DNA of 64,000 nt from a virus, in the IMG/VR virus record IMGVR_UViG_3300013314_000001, positions 1 to 64,000 of that record. The stretch is one strand, 5' to 3'. A program made the position numbers and the translations under genes. The first letter of the stretch is position 1; each line of letters begins with the position of its first letter. The notes below the pieces were generated by a model. That model saw nothing but the letters and a program-made list of their open reading frames with translations, was not told the origin of the DNA and made no database searches. Of the stretch, positions 8,802-17,967 are shown in pieces.

Positions 8802-8983
8802 CGCCAGAACTAACAGATAAGCAAACAACAACAATATTTGCCATTAACTGTGTTACTGGCATAAATAACGCATCTGATTACAAAGAATGTATTGCCAAGG
8901 CTAACAATTTATTAGCGCAAGGCAAAACCTTTCCTGATGTAGAAAAAGAAATTCGTGGATTTTTATTTTCCAAGTACCCATGA
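8780..8983 (+). CDS. hypothetical protein
   Basis: 67-aa ORF in a tightly packed plus-strand series. Confidence 0.45.
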   Translation: MDYKEKITPELTDKQTTTIFAINCVTGINNASDYKECIAKANNLLAQGKTFPDVEKEIRGFLFSKYP

Positions 8984-9180
8984 AACACGTTTACAGAGTT
9001 AGCTATGAAGATGATGAGGCAAATCCCACTCTAACGATGCAATCTTCTTATCCTCTAACAGTTCAAGATATGGAAGAAGCGATAACTGAACAGCTTAGAA
9101 GCCAGGGGATATTTGCTGGGGATGTTAAAGTCACCAAGTCCAAAGAAATCAAAAACCCCATTGCCAAGTTATTTCTATGA
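8980..9180 (+). CDS. hypothetical protein
   Basis: 66-aa ORF with a 4-nt start/stop overlap on both sides. Confidence 0.5.
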   Translation: MKHVYRVSYEDDEANPTLTMQSSYPLTVQDMEEAITEQLRSQGIFAGDVKVTKSKEIKNPIAKLFL

Positions 9181-9410
9181 AGAAAGAACAGCCCCATGCT
9201 ATTGAGGCTGAGTATTACCCAGACGGAACCCAGAAGCGATACTACAAAAGAGTAGAACAACCATACCCCCAAGTTTTTCAGTTAGTCATAGGTTTGTGTG
9301 CGATCGCAATCGCCATGTCTGGAATTGCGATTACCTTTTACTTATCCAAAAATCAGTGCAATGAAAATTACAATCAAGCTCCACAACCAAGACTATATAG
9401 AAGCGATTAG
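9177..9410 (+). CDS. small membrane protein
   Basis: 77 aa with one hydrophobic helix, VFQLVIGLCAIAIAMSGIAITFYL. Confidence 0.45.
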   Translation: MKKEQPHAIEAEYYPDGTQKRYYKRVEQPYPQVFQLVIGLCAIAIAMSGIAITFYLSKNQCNENYNQAPQPRLYRSD

Positions 9411-9669
9411 GAAACAAACAGGCATGGCGACTCACGCCGAAGCATTAAACCATTTGCTTACTGTACTAAAGACAGATGGTTTCTCACTAATCAAAGGTGA
9501 GAAATATATACCAGTCACAAGGGATGAAGAAGTCACACCGGCACCAAGGAAGGAGATAGTAGTTGAAAAAAAGTCCACAATGTTCAGAGATTATCAAATA
9601 GACGACGAGTACCAAATAGACCCGACAATCCAGAGGTTAATTAACGCTGGACTAGAGATGGAGTTTTAA
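9361..9669 (+). CDS. hypothetical protein, RHH-like N-terminus
   Basis: Start placed at ATG 9361 (MKITIKLHNQDYIEAIRKQTGMATHAEALNHLL, an RHH-like pattern). It overlaps the previous ORF by 50 nt, so the start is uncertain. Confidence 0.35.
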   Translation: MKITIKLHNQDYIEAIRKQTGMATHAEALNHLLTVLKTDGFSLIKGEKYIPVTRDEEVTPAPRKEIVVEKKSTMFRDYQIDDEYQIDPTIQRLINAGLEMEF

Positions 9670-9672
9670 ATA

Positions 9673-10197
9673 ATGCAAGATAGACAAGCAGGGAGTTTTC
9701 GCCCTTCAACAATCAGTGAAAATTTAGCAACAGCCGCTATTATAATCGGCGTGGGTTTTATGGCTGTTGATACTTTTTGTACAGTTAAGAAAGGCTTAGG
9801 AGTATTTAACTCAGGAGACTTTCTAGTAAATTTCGTTGCTGCATTTTTATGGGGCGGTTTTTGTGCAGTAGTTCAGAAGGCAGTCTTTAGCGTCTTGATT
9901 AATCCAGAGAGCAAGAGTACTTTTGACAAGATGTGGCACAGTGGAATTATTGGTAAGGCAGTACTATTTACCCTAACTTGCGTAGCTATAGCTGCAATTC
10001 ATTTCAGCTTTACCTCCACTAGCCAAACACTAGGAATTAATGCTAGTCGTTTGGGAATTAGTTTACCAGAGCAACAATCAACAGCAAGTCTAGGAATAGT
10101 TATTCAATTCTTGATTGGTGCATTTGTAGGCTTTATGGTAGCTTTCATTGACGAGATTTGTTTCTTATGCGCAAGGATTATTAAAGGAAATGGTTAG
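9673..10197 (+). CDS. integral membrane protein (about 4 TM helices)
   Basis: 174 aa with four long hydrophobic segments. Confidence 0.55.
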   Translation: MQDRQAGSFRPSTISENLATAAIIIGVGFMAVDTFCTVKKGLGVFNSGDFLVNFVAAFLWGGFCAVVQKAVFSVLINPESKSTFDKMWHSGIIGKAVLFTLTCVAIAAIHFSFTSTSQTLGINASRLGISLPEQQSTASLGIVIQFLIGAFVGFMVAFIDEICFLCARIIKGNG

Positions 10198-10475
10198 TTA
10201 CTTTTTTACGATTGTAATTGGCGCGGCACTTTTCATCATGATAGTGCGCTTACTTCCTAAAAATTTTAATGGAGAAGAATGGTTCAGAAAGTTATTGAAA
10301 AAGTAAAGTTTAGCTTTGTGACAGCAGGAATATTTGGTTTAGGTTTCCTGCTGTACTACTTGATTTGTTTAGGAAGTTATCAAAGTTATGCAGAATCATT
10401 ACCTGTACTACCAATTAAAAATAATCAAGTCTCACACTAAAACAGCAGTAATCGCTTTTATTATTGGCTGGTTAA

Positions 10476-11909
10476 TTGTCCCTTCCCCAATCTCCCTTAT
10501 ATTTCCCCGTGCAATTCGTGAAACACTACACAACGTTAGCTGCACCACAAACTCAGTCTACAAAACCTTTGGAATCGACTAAGGTAGGGGGGGATGGCAT
10601 ATTATTTGTACTTATGCTGGCTGCGGTTGCTGGCATATTTTTGTTTAAGGGTAAGAAAAGTAATCGTACTCATGATCACATTAATCCCTCAGAAATGGGA
10701 TCAGAAGTAGCACACGTAGAAAAAAACAAACCTCAGTCACATGACAGTGACACAAGGTTAATAACTAATGCCCAACACCCAACGTCCAATACCCAACCTC
10801 CAACACCCAACGACCAAGTAGGTCAACGCATTATTGAGGAGTTGGTCAGCACCAAACTCAGCACCCTATTAGCCGCTCCTTCTGGTGCGGGTAAGTCAGT
10901 CACTCAAGCTTACTGGCTGTCAAAACTTTATGAAAAATTCCCCGGTGCCGATGTCTATGTTATCGCCCGGAAAAACGACAGCTTTAATGGACTGCGGGAA
11001 CAGAGAAAGGTTTTCGTCTACGACACTGACAACCCCAAAGATGCGCTTCAGGCTTTGCAGACAGTCCATGATATTTTCAAAGTGCGATCGCAGTTTTCCG
11101 AAGACGAGCGATCGCAATTCGCAACTCAACCAGTGCGATTAATCTTGGCTGACTGGTACAGCATTCATAACAACCTAGTTAAGTCTCACGAGAAACTGTG
11201 GAAGTCAGAGATTCAAAGCAAGCTGGCGGATATCGTAACTGTAGCCAGAGAATTTAATGTGAGCTTGTTCGCCGATTCCCAGACTTTCAATCTTGCGTCG
11301 CTGGGATTGGCCGAAGATTCCAATATCCGCAATAACTTAAACATCATCAGCCAGGGGCTTATCAGCATTGATGAGGATGGCAATGAGCAGGGTGGATTTG
11401 AGGTTATCCAATCAATTATTAGAAATGCTTACGTTTTTCCTGGGGAAGAAGTGCGGCGGGTGATTAGCTTAGAAGTCGAAAAGTTAATCAAACTTTCTAA
11501 TGCCCAACGCACACCCATAATTTTATCAACGGCTGGGAAGCCCAAAGCAGGGTTACTCCCTAATTTGATGGAGTATAAGGGCAGAAATATTTTTAAGACA
11601 GATTCACCCATTCACCCCAAGACTGATTTAACTTCCCCTCTTGAAGGGGGGAAGTTGTGTGAGTTAACCGCATCATCTGTACTACCTGAGCCACTGCGTA
11701 CCATTTGGCGTGTAGCTCAAGAGAAAGATGACTGGTTGACTGCCCGTGATATTGCTAGAAAAGAATATGCCGTACTCAAGGGAATGAATACAGCAGCAGA
11801 AATTATTCAGTTTGTGCAGCAGCTTGAGAGAATAGAGCTAGTTGAGATTAGTTCTGAAGTTGGGCAAGCTATTAGGTTTCGGCAAGTTCAAAAAGTTAAA
11901 GGTGAGTAG
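10476..11909 (+). CDS. membrane-anchored P-loop NTPase
   Basis: Has an N-terminal TM segment (ILFVLMLAAVAGIFLF), Walker A LAAPSGAGKSVT, a Walker-B-like VRLILADW and a C-terminal wHTH-like tail. Start is uncertain (10476 or ATG 10614). Confidence 0.6.
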   Translation: MSLPQSPLYFPVQFVKHYTTLAAPQTQSTKPLESTKVGGDGILFVLMLAAVAGIFLFKGKKSNRTHDHINPSEMGSEVAHVEKNKPQSHDSDTRLITNAQHPTSNTQPPTPNDQVGQRIIEELVSTKLSTLLAAPSGAGKSVTQAYWLSKLYEKFPGADVYVIARKNDSFNGLREQRKVFVYDTDNPKDALQALQTVHDIFKVRSQFSEDERSQFATQPVRLILADWYSIHNNLVKSHEKLWKSEIQSKLADIVTVAREFNVSLFADSQTFNLASLGLAEDSNIRNNLNIISQGLISIDEDGNEQGGFEVIQSIIRNAYVFPGEEVRRVISLEVEKLIKLSNAQRTPIILSTAGKPKAGLLPNLMEYKGRNIFKTDSPIHPKTDLTSPLEGGKLCELTASSVLPEPLRTIWRVAQEKDDWLTARDIARKEYAVLKGMNTAAEIIQFVQQLERIELVEISSEVGQAIRFRQVQKVKGE

Positions 11910-11918
11910 GCGTTAGCC
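11908..11918 (-). promoter_or_regulatory. motif B copy 1 (GGCTAACGCCT on minus strand)
   Basis: Perfect AGGCGTTAGCC. On the minus strand it lies just after the bidirectional terminator at the distal end of the 17.7->11.9 kb block. It overlaps the TAG stop of the plus-strand gene 10476..11909. Confidence 0.85.
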
Positions 11919-11930
11919 TATAAAAAATAT

Positions 11931-11959
11931 CCCCCAAAGCGTGAGTGCTTGGGGGTTTT
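11931..11959. terminator. bidirectional rho-independent terminator
   Basis: CCCCCAAAG...CTTGGGGG stem flanked by an A-run upstream and a T-run downstream, between convergent genes. Confidence 0.8.
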
Positions 11960-11961
11960 GA

Positions 11962-12225
11962 TTATTGTTCTATGGGGTTGGGCTTTGTTCCTGGATGATA
12001 CTCCCACTCATGGTAAGAGCTACTTTGCCAATAGCCATCTTTAGCTAAAACTTGCTGCCCCACTTGTTCATATATTTCTGCTGGGCATCTGTCTTCTGGA
12101 TTGCTTTGGCGATCTACTTTTTCAGATAATCGCAAAGCATAATCAGACGGTTGTTCGCCATCGTTTGTTGAGAGATGGAACGTATCATGATAAGTTACAT
12201 AGTCTACATTTACTTGGTTTGTCAT
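11962..12225 (-). CDS. hypothetical protein
   Basis: 87-aa ORF, last gene of the minus block. Confidence 0.5.
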   Translation of the reverse strand: MTNQVNVDYVTYHDTFHLSTNDGEQPSDYALRLSEKVDRQSNPEDRCPAEIYEQVGQQVLAKDGYWQSSSYHEWEYHPGTKPNPIEQ

Positions 12226-12293
12226 TTTGTTTTTTGGCTGAATTGAATAAATTTTATCAAGACTAGTATTAGAGTTAGTATCAAAAAATGATG

Positions 12294-12662
12294 CTAACTA
12301 CGTTTATATAATTTAGAATCTGATTTCAAAATTTGTTTTTTTCTTTGTTGCTTTTTTATATCCTCTTCTTCATCTATAAATTTTTCTTCAACTCTAAAAC
12401 CTGACTCTTTAAGGAAAGCGGAAATAAAATCTTGAACTTCCCCTTTTCCTCGCAAAAACAGCAAGGGATTCTGCTTGTCTTCGTTTTTCAAAATATCTTC
12501 TAATTTAAGTTTGACTTTTTTCAACCGATAAGTTATAGCCTCCTTATCCCAATCTTCACTTGTTAGATTATCCAAACCAATAAAATCTTGGTCGAATAGA
12601 TTATTCGACTTTTTTATTTTTTCTGCGCTGTATGCTGTAAACTCGCCAAATACTATTTTCAT
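12294..12662 (-). CDS. hypothetical protein
   Basis: 122-aa Lys/Glu-rich ORF. Confidence 0.5.
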   Translation of the reverse strand: MKIVFGEFTAYSAEKIKKSNNLFDQDFIGLDNLTSEDWDKEAITYRLKKVKLKLEDILKNEDKQNPLLFLRGKGEVQDFISAFLKESGFRVEEKFIDEEEDIKKQQRKKQILKSDSKLYKRS

Positions 12663-12728
12663 AAACCCTCATCAGTACCAGCATTGAGCCATCTGGCAGA
12701 CTAACCAGGGGGTTAGTTTCGGATTGGT

Positions 12729-12926
12729 TTAGTTAATAGATAATCTCAAATTATTTTGAGAATCGACTACAAACTGACCATCAATTTTTACCTTATCCCA
12801 GTCTTGTTGCCAGAACTCTCCACCGCAGCCCATTCCGCCACAACTACCACCAATTCTTACGCATACATCGCAATAGTTTGGATGCTTTGCTTTTTGAACT
12901 AAATTCCAAAAGTTTGTTGATTGCAT
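12729..12926 (-). CDS. small Cys/Gly-rich protein
   Basis: Start refined to ATG 12926, preceded by GAAGGAG. Contains CDVCVRIGGSCGGMGCGG. Confidence 0.5.
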   Translation of the reverse strand: MQSTNFWNLVQKAKHPNYCDVCVRIGGSCGGMGCGGEFWQQDWDKVKIDGQFVVDSQNNLRLSIN

Positions 12927-12970
12927 AATCTTTTTCTCCTTCAATAAACAAAACAATTCACCAAGTTTTT

Positions 12971-12981
12971 AGGCGTTAGCC
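12971..12981 (-). promoter_or_regulatory. motif B copy 2
   Basis: Perfect 11-mer. Its internal TAA is the stop of ORF 12976..13989. It lies 45 nt upstream of the next start. Confidence 0.85.
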
Positions 12982-13989
12982 TATCTTCTTCAAAACAATA
13001 TCTACAACCTCAGTTACAGATAGTAGAGAAGGATTATTCCAAGAGCTACCGCCTACGGCTGCTCTGCCTCCCCACCCTTCAAATGCAGGGTTTTTATTTA
13101 CTTCTGCTGCTGTTAACGCTTCAAAAACTTTCTTGCTCGCGTAGTCTAATTTGTCTGCATTCGGATGAGCCGGGTTACTACCAAGTGTGTAGCGGATGCC
13201 ATCACGCTCTTTGCGCGGTTGCACTACCAAAGTCACGGGCGACAAATCATTTAAGTTTGCCACCTGGGGAATAGCCCGATAAAATGCGCGGGGATCAACA
13301 TAGCGTGTTACGTCTGAAAGCTGCGCGATCGCTACTCCCTTATATACGTCAATCCGCCCATCAGCCAACATTTGAATGTCAGCCTCTACTTGTTCCCAAT
13401 ACTCAGTAGCTTCTCCCTGTTCTCCTGGCCAGAGACACTCACCCTTCATTGCAGCAATTAACCATTCTGTGCCATTTTGGAAGGCAGCAGAATAAAATTC
13501 TTCACGCTGTTCATCCGTCCAATCATTTCTCTTAATTGGCAAACCTAATTGATTAGCTAAGTTGTTGCCTGTAGACTTCATTGCAGCTACCGCTTGCGCT
13601 GCAAAGTCTGCTAAATCAGACAAGTCTTCAGGTATGTAAAGGTAATCGCAATCGAATGCGATTGCCCTTAGCTTTCTAAAATTATCATCGGATATTAAAG
13701 CTTTTGGATCATAGCCATAACGCGGTTGATATTTACCCCAAAGAATCCAAGCTGCTGCTACGCAAGCGTCAGCATCAGTTTGAGTTGTTACTATGACAGC
13801 ATCATCTTTGATATCTTCATAGAACATAGAGTTAATTTCGTCCATCTGGATTTTGGAACCACCTGGGCGATGGTGGTCAAAATGTAAATCACCTGGCTTC
13901 TTTTCCCACTTGGGAACTGTGCCATCAAGCATGATAATTTGCTTGTCTGTGGGAAGTTGATCTATCTTGGTTGTGGTCAAAAACTGCAT
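12976..13989 (-). CDS. hypothetical protein (weak DHH/DHHA1-phosphoesterase-like motifs)
   Basis: 337 aa. HFDHHRPGG, TDADACVAAAW and C-terminal GWGGRAAVGGS loosely recall the DHH, DxD and GGGH motifs, but their order is atypical. Confidence 0.3.
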   Translation of the reverse strand: MQFLTTTKIDQLPTDKQIIMLDGTVPKWEKKPGDLHFDHHRPGGSKIQMDEINSMFYEDIKDDAVIVTTQTDADACVAAAWILWGKYQPRYGYDPKALISDDNFRKLRAIAFDCDYLYIPEDLSDLADFAAQAVAAMKSTGNNLANQLGLPIKRNDWTDEQREEFYSAAFQNGTEWLIAAMKGECLWPGEQGEATEYWEQVEADIQMLADGRIDVYKGVAIAQLSDVTRYVDPRAFYRAIPQVANLNDLSPVTLVVQPRKERDGIRYTLGSNPAHPNADKLDYASKKVFEALTAAEVNKNPAFEGWGGRAAVGGSSWNNPSLLSVTEVVDIVLKKIG

Positions 13990-14426
13990 AATAATTCACC
14001 AATCCTGTTTGTTACAAAATCACCAAAAGTTGCTTTTTCTGCCAAGAAAACTAATTCACCAGTTCCCTTAACAGTCTCTAAATCTTTCGCTTTTCCAATG
14101 TAATAATTACCGTTTAACAACTCATCCTCAAATAAGTGTGTGAGTTTCCACGGTTTTCTAGTTGTATCGAAATAATCAATATTGGGTATCCCGTCTCCAT
14201 AAAGGGATAAAACAATGGGGCAATCATCGCTTAGATGAACTTCGATAATCGCATCATCTACTTCTGTTGCCCAACATTCAGGAAGATAACTATAGGCAAA
14301 TCCTACTAGACCTCCCATAAATTCAGATAGTTTTTCTCTATCTGAGCCTAAGTATGCTTGTCCTTTTAGGGGAGTCTTGTCACCATATCTGCTATGAAAC
14401 ACTGTAATCATTTTTGTTAAGGGCAT
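13977..14426 (-). CDS. hypothetical protein
   Basis: 149-aa ORF overlapping the downstream start by 13 nt. Confidence 0.5.
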   Translation of the reverse strand: MPLTKMITVFHSRYGDKTPLKGQAYLGSDREKLSEFMGGLVGFAYSYLPECWATEVDDAIIEVHLSDDCPIVLSLYGDGIPNIDYFDTTRKPWKLTHLFEDELLNGNYYIGKAKDLETVKGTGELVFLAEKATFGDFVTNRIGELLCSF

Positions 14427-14446
14427 CTACTTGGATGCCCACTAAT

Positions 14447-14746
14447 TTAACCGCAATAACTCGAATTAACTGAACAGGAAGCCCAAGGTTCGCCGCTACC
14501 ACAATTGCAAGGGCGGGAATTAGCTTTATCATCTTCTATTTCCTGCAATCGAAGTGATAGATATTCATCTGTGTAACTTCCGTCATCCTGAAACCTGTCG
14601 GCATCAGGGATATAGTTATCTTGACCTTCTTCAACTAAATGGCAGTCGCAAGCAAAAGCACCGGAACCGCAAAAACATAAACCTTGTGTTCTCATTGTTT
14701 CTAGATTATACAGACGATCGGAAGAGGGGTATTCCAAACCCCTCAA
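14447..14746 (-). CDS. SEC-C-motif (CxCGSG) metal-binding protein
   Basis: Contains CFCGSGAFACDCH and CNCGSGEPWASC. The likely true start is ATG 14695 (MRTQGL), since the upstream part overlaps a hairpin. Confidence 0.5.
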   Translation of the reverse strand: MRGLEYPSSDRLYNLETMRTQGLCFCGSGAFACDCHLVEEGQDNYIPDADRFQDDGSYTDEYLSLRLQEIEDDKANSRPCNCGSGEPWASCSVNSSYCG

Positions 14747-14753
14747 TCTAATG

Positions 14754-14764
14754 AGGCGTTAGCC
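14754..14764 (-). promoter_or_regulatory. motif B copy 3
   Basis: Perfect 11-mer, 4 nt after the stop of ORF 14769..15317. Followed by the hairpin GAGGGGT..ACCCCTC and a TATAAT box. Confidence 0.85.
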
Positions 14765-14768
14765 TTCT

Positions 14769-15317
14769 TTACTTCCAACCAATCAAGGTTTTACCCTTCT
14801 CAGAAAACTTAGCAAAGCCAAGCTCTATTCCAACTCTAAGCGCATCTGCTATAGCAGTCTTACTAATCTCCCTAGCTTTAATAGGCTTAAGAAACCTTTC
14901 AGGAATTTCCTCAATGGGAAAGTTAGGGTCAACAATAACTGACGCTTGAGTTGCTTTTAGTTTAAGCTTAGGAAAATCCTTAGTTGGCAGTGTGCCACCT
15001 TTGGATTCAATGATGCGCTCAACAAACTTCTTGAGAGAACTTTGACGACGCTCTGTTGCCCGTGACAAACTTAAGAACCTTTCAGCTTGGTCATCATAGT
15101 ACTCAGTCTCTTTTTCAAGCCGTGCCAGATAATAGCAAGCACGAGAGATTTTATCCTTAAGTTGTTCTTCATTCGTAATAAACTGCTGGAAGAATTCTTC
15201 AATCTGCTGCTGCTGTTCCTCTGGAGTGAGTAATGAATCTTCCAAACCCTCAAGAAAGTCTTGAAGGTCTTGGGAAATTTGATATTCAGCTAGTTGGATT
15301 TGTGGAAGAGTAGGCAT
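14769..15317 (-). CDS. Siphovirus Gp157-like protein
   Basis: 182 aa. An acidic coiled-coil N-terminus and the C-terminal pattern ...VIVDPNFPIEEIPERFLKPIKAREISKTAIADALRVGIELGFAKF resemble the Gp157 family of phage replication modules. Confidence 0.45.
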   Translation of the reverse strand: MPTLPQIQLAEYQISQDLQDFLEGLEDSLLTPEEQQQQIEEFFQQFITNEEQLKDKISRACYYLARLEKETEYYDDQAERFLSLSRATERRQSSLKKFVERIIESKGGTLPTKDFPKLKLKATQASVIVDPNFPIEEIPERFLKPIKAREISKTAIADALRVGIELGFAKFSEKGKTLIGWK

Positions 15318-15460
15318 TAGATATAATCCTTGTGAATTAAAGTTACTTCTCTACGACCTTGACCACGATGCTTAGGTGCATCATCTGGGGCTTGTTCAGC
15401 TAATGCAGAAGAGATTTGTACAAAGACTAAAAGCAAAGCGAGTATAATTGTTTTCATCAT
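15317..15460 (-). CDS. small secreted peptide (signal-peptide-like), not in ORF track
   Basis: 47 aa, MMKTIILALLLVFVQISSALAEQAPDD... Its stop overlaps the next ATG (TAATG). Confidence 0.35.
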   Translation of the reverse strand: MMKTIILALLLVFVQISSALAEQAPDDAPKHRGQGRREVTLIHKDYI

Positions 15461-15531
15461 TTACGTGAGGTATAGTGGTGTATTGCGATCGCCACGCCAG
15501 GAAAGCAAACGATCGCAATTTCAAATCTTTT

Positions 15532-15542
15532 AGGCGTTAGCC
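15532..15542 (-). promoter_or_regulatory. motif B copy 4
   Basis: Perfect 11-mer, 13 nt after the stop of ORF 15556..16356. Confidence 0.85.
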
Positions 15543-15555
15543 TTCTAATCAGATG

Positions 15556-16356
15556 CTATTTAGCCTTGCCATTAGCTTTAGCTTCTGCAAGAATCTGCTC
15601 ACTGCCAGGGAAAGGCTTAAACTCTGGGAACTCTTCAGGCACGTAGCCTTCAGCAGCTTTAAGTGCAGCCTTTTCTACTACATCATTGAATAGTCGGTTG
15701 CTATACTGACTTGCAATAATATTTGCAATTTCCAAAAACTCTTTCTCTGTATCTGTAGCTGGTGGACGCATAGACCAGTCGAGATAAAAGTAAGACTTGA
15801 CTCCTTCACCTTTGCATACAGTAAAACTGTAGATAGAATTCTGGAGAGTTTCAGTCATGCGTATCTGAACATAATCTACAATGTTTGGATATTGCGCTTT
15901 AACTTCTGGGTTCAGTTGCCAAGAAATAAAAGCATCTTCTTCAATGGGCTGCAACAAATTGTTGAACTCTTCCATTGACTGTCCACGCATTAAGAAAGAA
16001 GAGAGAATACCAGGGCTCATCTGACCATCAATAAACTCACCCTTTTTTTTAGGATGTGCGATCGCAGATGAAACAGGTAGACACCAAACCTCACGGAAAA
16101 GTTCATTTACATAGAACTCACCCAAAGTTAGGTGACGCTCGGCAGAATAGTTAGGACGCTGGGGGAATACCAAAACTACATCAGCCTTATGAGCAACGAT
16201 GCTGTCTTGAAATTCCCCTGACTGCATAGCTTCCATCAAATCTGGGCCAAAGCCTTTGTCAACCAACGCGCCACCGTCTCCCCTAAAGAAATACTGGCGA
16301 ACCATAGACCCAATTAATGCAGAGGTCTTACCTGAAGCAGATGTGATTACTTTCAT
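15556..16356 (-). CDS. hypothetical protein (degenerate P-loop-like N-terminus)
   Basis: 266 aa. ITSASGKTSAL lacks the first Gly/Ala of Walker A, so an ATPase call is not supported. Confidence 0.45.
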   Translation of the reverse strand: MKVITSASGKTSALIGSMVRQYFFRGDGGALVDKGFGPDLMEAMQSGEFQDSIVAHKADVVLVFPQRPNYSAERHLTLGEFYVNELFREVWCLPVSSAIAHPKKKGEFIDGQMSPGILSSFLMRGQSMEEFNNLLQPIEEDAFISWQLNPEVKAQYPNIVDYVQIRMTETLQNSIYSFTVCKGEGVKSYFYLDWSMRPPATDTEKEFLEIANIIASQYSNRLFNDVVEKAALKAAEGYVPEEFPEFKPFPGSEQILAEAKANGKAK

Positions 16357-16413
16357 ATTTCTAAGTAGCGAGTAAATTTGTACTAGAGCTAGATTAAATC
16401 TAGCTCACAATTT

Positions 16414-16722
16414 TTAGGCGTTAGCCTTTACCAAATCAGTTACTAAAACTGAATTTTCTGAATAGTTGCTTTCCCATTCATAACCATACTGATTGACTAA
16501 ATAGTAGCTCCAGTATGGGTGACGAATACACTCAGTTGAATGCACTGAGAAAACTTCAAAATTAGCTTTGATTCCTGAGATGTAATATACATTAGTCTTA
16601 TTAGAGCCAATGCCCGACTCACTAAATCTTACAGCTTGAAATTGCACAAACGCTGGAGTTCCTAAAACTTCTGCAAGTGGTTGCCCTTTGTATGTAACGT
16701 TTTCCAGAGTATTCATTTTCAC
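16414..16722 (-). CDS. hypothetical protein
   Basis: 102-aa ORF. Confidence 0.5.
   Translation of the reverse strand: MKMNTLENVTYKGQPLAEVLGTPAFVQFQAVRFSESGIGSNKTNVYYISGIKANFEVFSVHSTECIRHPYWSYYLVNQYGYEWESNYSENSVLVTDLVKANA
16416..16426 (-). promoter_or_regulatory. motif B copy 5
   Basis: Perfect 11-mer. It is read in frame as A-N-A-stop at the end of ORF 16414..16722 and is followed by the hairpin GAGCTAGATTTAATCTAGCTC. Confidence 0.85.
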
Positions 16723-16745
16723 CTTATATAGTTCAGGTTTTGTAA

Positions 16746-16754
16746 ACGTTAGCC
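16746..16754 (-). promoter_or_regulatory. motif B, degenerate copy
   Basis: ACGTTAGCC (9 of 11), just after the stop of ORF 16757..16987. Confidence 0.5.
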
Positions 16755-16756
16755 TC

Positions 16757-16987
16757 TTAGTTTACAGAACCAAGTCTCTGCATTTTGCCCCAGCACTCAT
16801 TACAAGTTTCTGGGTAATCATCATTAGCCGTTCCCAAACACCAAGGCATTTCTCTTTTACACTGGTCACATTCCCAGGTATGCCCAGGCTCACACTGATT
16901 GCAGGTACAAAGCAGTGGAGCTTGGTTATTGTTCTGCCGGAGTAGCTGGTGCTTGTTAAATTCGTCAGTGTTTGCAAGTATAGTCAT
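16757..16987 (-). CDS. small Cys-rich (zinc-binding-like) protein
   Basis: CTCNQCEPGHTWECDQCKREMPWC...CNEC. The other-frame ORF 16762..16977 is judged spurious. Confidence 0.5.
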   Translation of the reverse strand: MTILANTDEFNKHQLLRQNNNQAPLLCTCNQCEPGHTWECDQCKREMPWCLGTANDDYPETCNECWGKMQRLGSVN

Positions 16988-17020
16988 AACTTCAAAGGGG
17001 AATAATCCCCCAACAATTAT

Positions 17021-17332
17021 CTAAGCTGCCCCTGGAGTCTGGTTAACATCTTTATTTAACACCAAAGTTCTACCACCAAAACTATCATGCAACCAACCAT
17101 TTACTAACCTTAGCCCTGGTTGTGGTAGTGGGTCTACAGTTATTGGTTGATTCAATAATTCATCCACTTCAGCCGACCATGCCCAGAATAATTTGCCCAT
17201 TGCAATCTCAGCTTGCTTAAGCTGCGAATTTAACCCCGGCAACAGCACCGCATCCTGGCACTGGCGTATCTGCTGTTCCAATATTTCATAGCTTACCTTA
17301 GCGTCAAGGTAAGTATCCTTTATCTGACTCAT
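17021..17332 (-). CDS. hypothetical protein
   Basis: Start refined to ATG 17332 (MSQIKD). Confidence 0.5.
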   Translation of the reverse strand: MSQIKDTYLDAKVSYEILEQQIRQCQDAVLLPGLNSQLKQAEIAMGKLFWAWSAEVDELLNQPITVDPLPQPGLRLVNGWLHDSFGGRTLVLNKDVNQTPGAA

Positions 17333-17402
17333 GGTACAATAACCTTTGTAATTTAAACACATTTTTCCTACCCAAGTCCTATCAATTGCCTTGGGTAGAT
17401 TT

Positions 17403-17702
17403 CTAAACCGTATAAACTATCTCAGCATCAATCTTTAATTGATGTGGAACCGAAACATTCGCAATAATGCCATCTTCAGTATTGAACGTTACCAAAATAA
17501 TTTCATACTCAAGTTTGAGTATAAGTTCGTCCGGTATGCAATCAAAGTGGTTATGAACATCACTTACAAAATTCTCCTCAGCTATTACAAGCTCTTTAGT
17601 CAAAGCTCGTAGACTCTCTCGCATCTGTTCTTGCTTACGCTTTAACTCAAGCATTTTTATTGCAGACTGCTCTATTGGTTTTAGAGGAATAATCGTATCC
17701 AT
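17403..17702 (-). CDS. hypothetical protein (first gene of minus block)
   Basis: Start refined to ATG 17702 (MDTIIP), preceded by AGGAG. Confidence 0.5.
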   Translation of the reverse strand: MDTIIPLKPIEQSAIKMLELKRKQEQMRESLRALTKELVIAEENFVSDVHNHFDCIPDELILKLEYEIILVTFNTEDGIIANVSVPHQLKIDAEIVYTV

Positions 17703-17739
17703 TGCTAATCTCAAACTCCTAATAAATCTCACAGACCCC

Positions 17740-17750
17740 AGGCGTTAGCC
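17740..17750 (-). promoter_or_regulatory. motif B copy 7 (head of minus-strand block)
   Basis: Perfect 11-mer in the divergent region, 38 nt upstream of ATG 17702. Confidence 0.85.
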
Positions 17751-17777
17751 TTCTTCAGCTATCTTAGTACTGACACT

Positions 17778-17795
17778 TATCAGCATATAACGATA
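17778..17795. promoter_or_regulatory. operator-like site O1 (TATCAGCATATAACGATA)
   Basis: The 13-nt core CAGCATATAACGA recurs inverted at 17835-17847 and directly at 30364-30376. Confidence 0.6.
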
Positions 17796-17834
17796 TTAAC
17801 CAAAGGTCAACCCCCTCTAGTATTTTTCTGATTG

Positions 17835-17848
17835 TCGTTATATGCTGA
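17835..17848. promoter_or_regulatory. operator-like site O2 (inverted copy)
   Basis: TCGTTATATGCTG is the exact reverse complement of the O1 core, 41 nt away. Confidence 0.6.
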
Positions 17849-17850
17849 AG

Positions 17851-17967
17851 AAAGGCAGAGGGCAGAGGGCAGAGGGCAGAAGGGAAGAGGTTATATAAGA
17901 CCTTAAGACTTCTGACACTATATTAAATCCATCCTTCTGCCTTCTGCCTTCTGCCCTCTGCCTTTCC
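17851..17967 (-). mobile_element. miniature hairpin element: inverted heptamer arrays (GGCAGAG/GGCAGAA)n without an ORF
   Basis: The left arm 17851-17890 and right arm 17933-17967 are reverse complements. The 42-nt loop contains GACACTATAT, matching (in reverse complement) ATATAGTGT next to the left arm of cassette 42966..43439. Confidence 0.65.

Noticed and set aside
10885-11611. ORFs 10885..11142 (+), 10920..11129 (-) and 11429..11611 (-), all inside the P-loop ATPase gene.
   Set aside because: They are alternative-frame or antisense ORFs within a 477-aa gene that has clear Walker motifs.
15556-16356. A Sak4/RecA-like ATPase call based on SGKT near the N-terminus.
   Set aside because: ITSASGKT lacks the leading G/A of Walker A, and no Walker B was found. 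It is left as a hypothetical protein.
17851-17967. Possible CRISPR array, because of tandem short repeats (also at 42966-43005 and 43406-43439).
   Set aside because: The units are 7-nt tandem repeats with no spacers, arranged as inverted arms of a hairpin. There is no 25-40-nt repeat/spacer periodicity and there are no cas genes. They are treated as hairpin-element arms instead.
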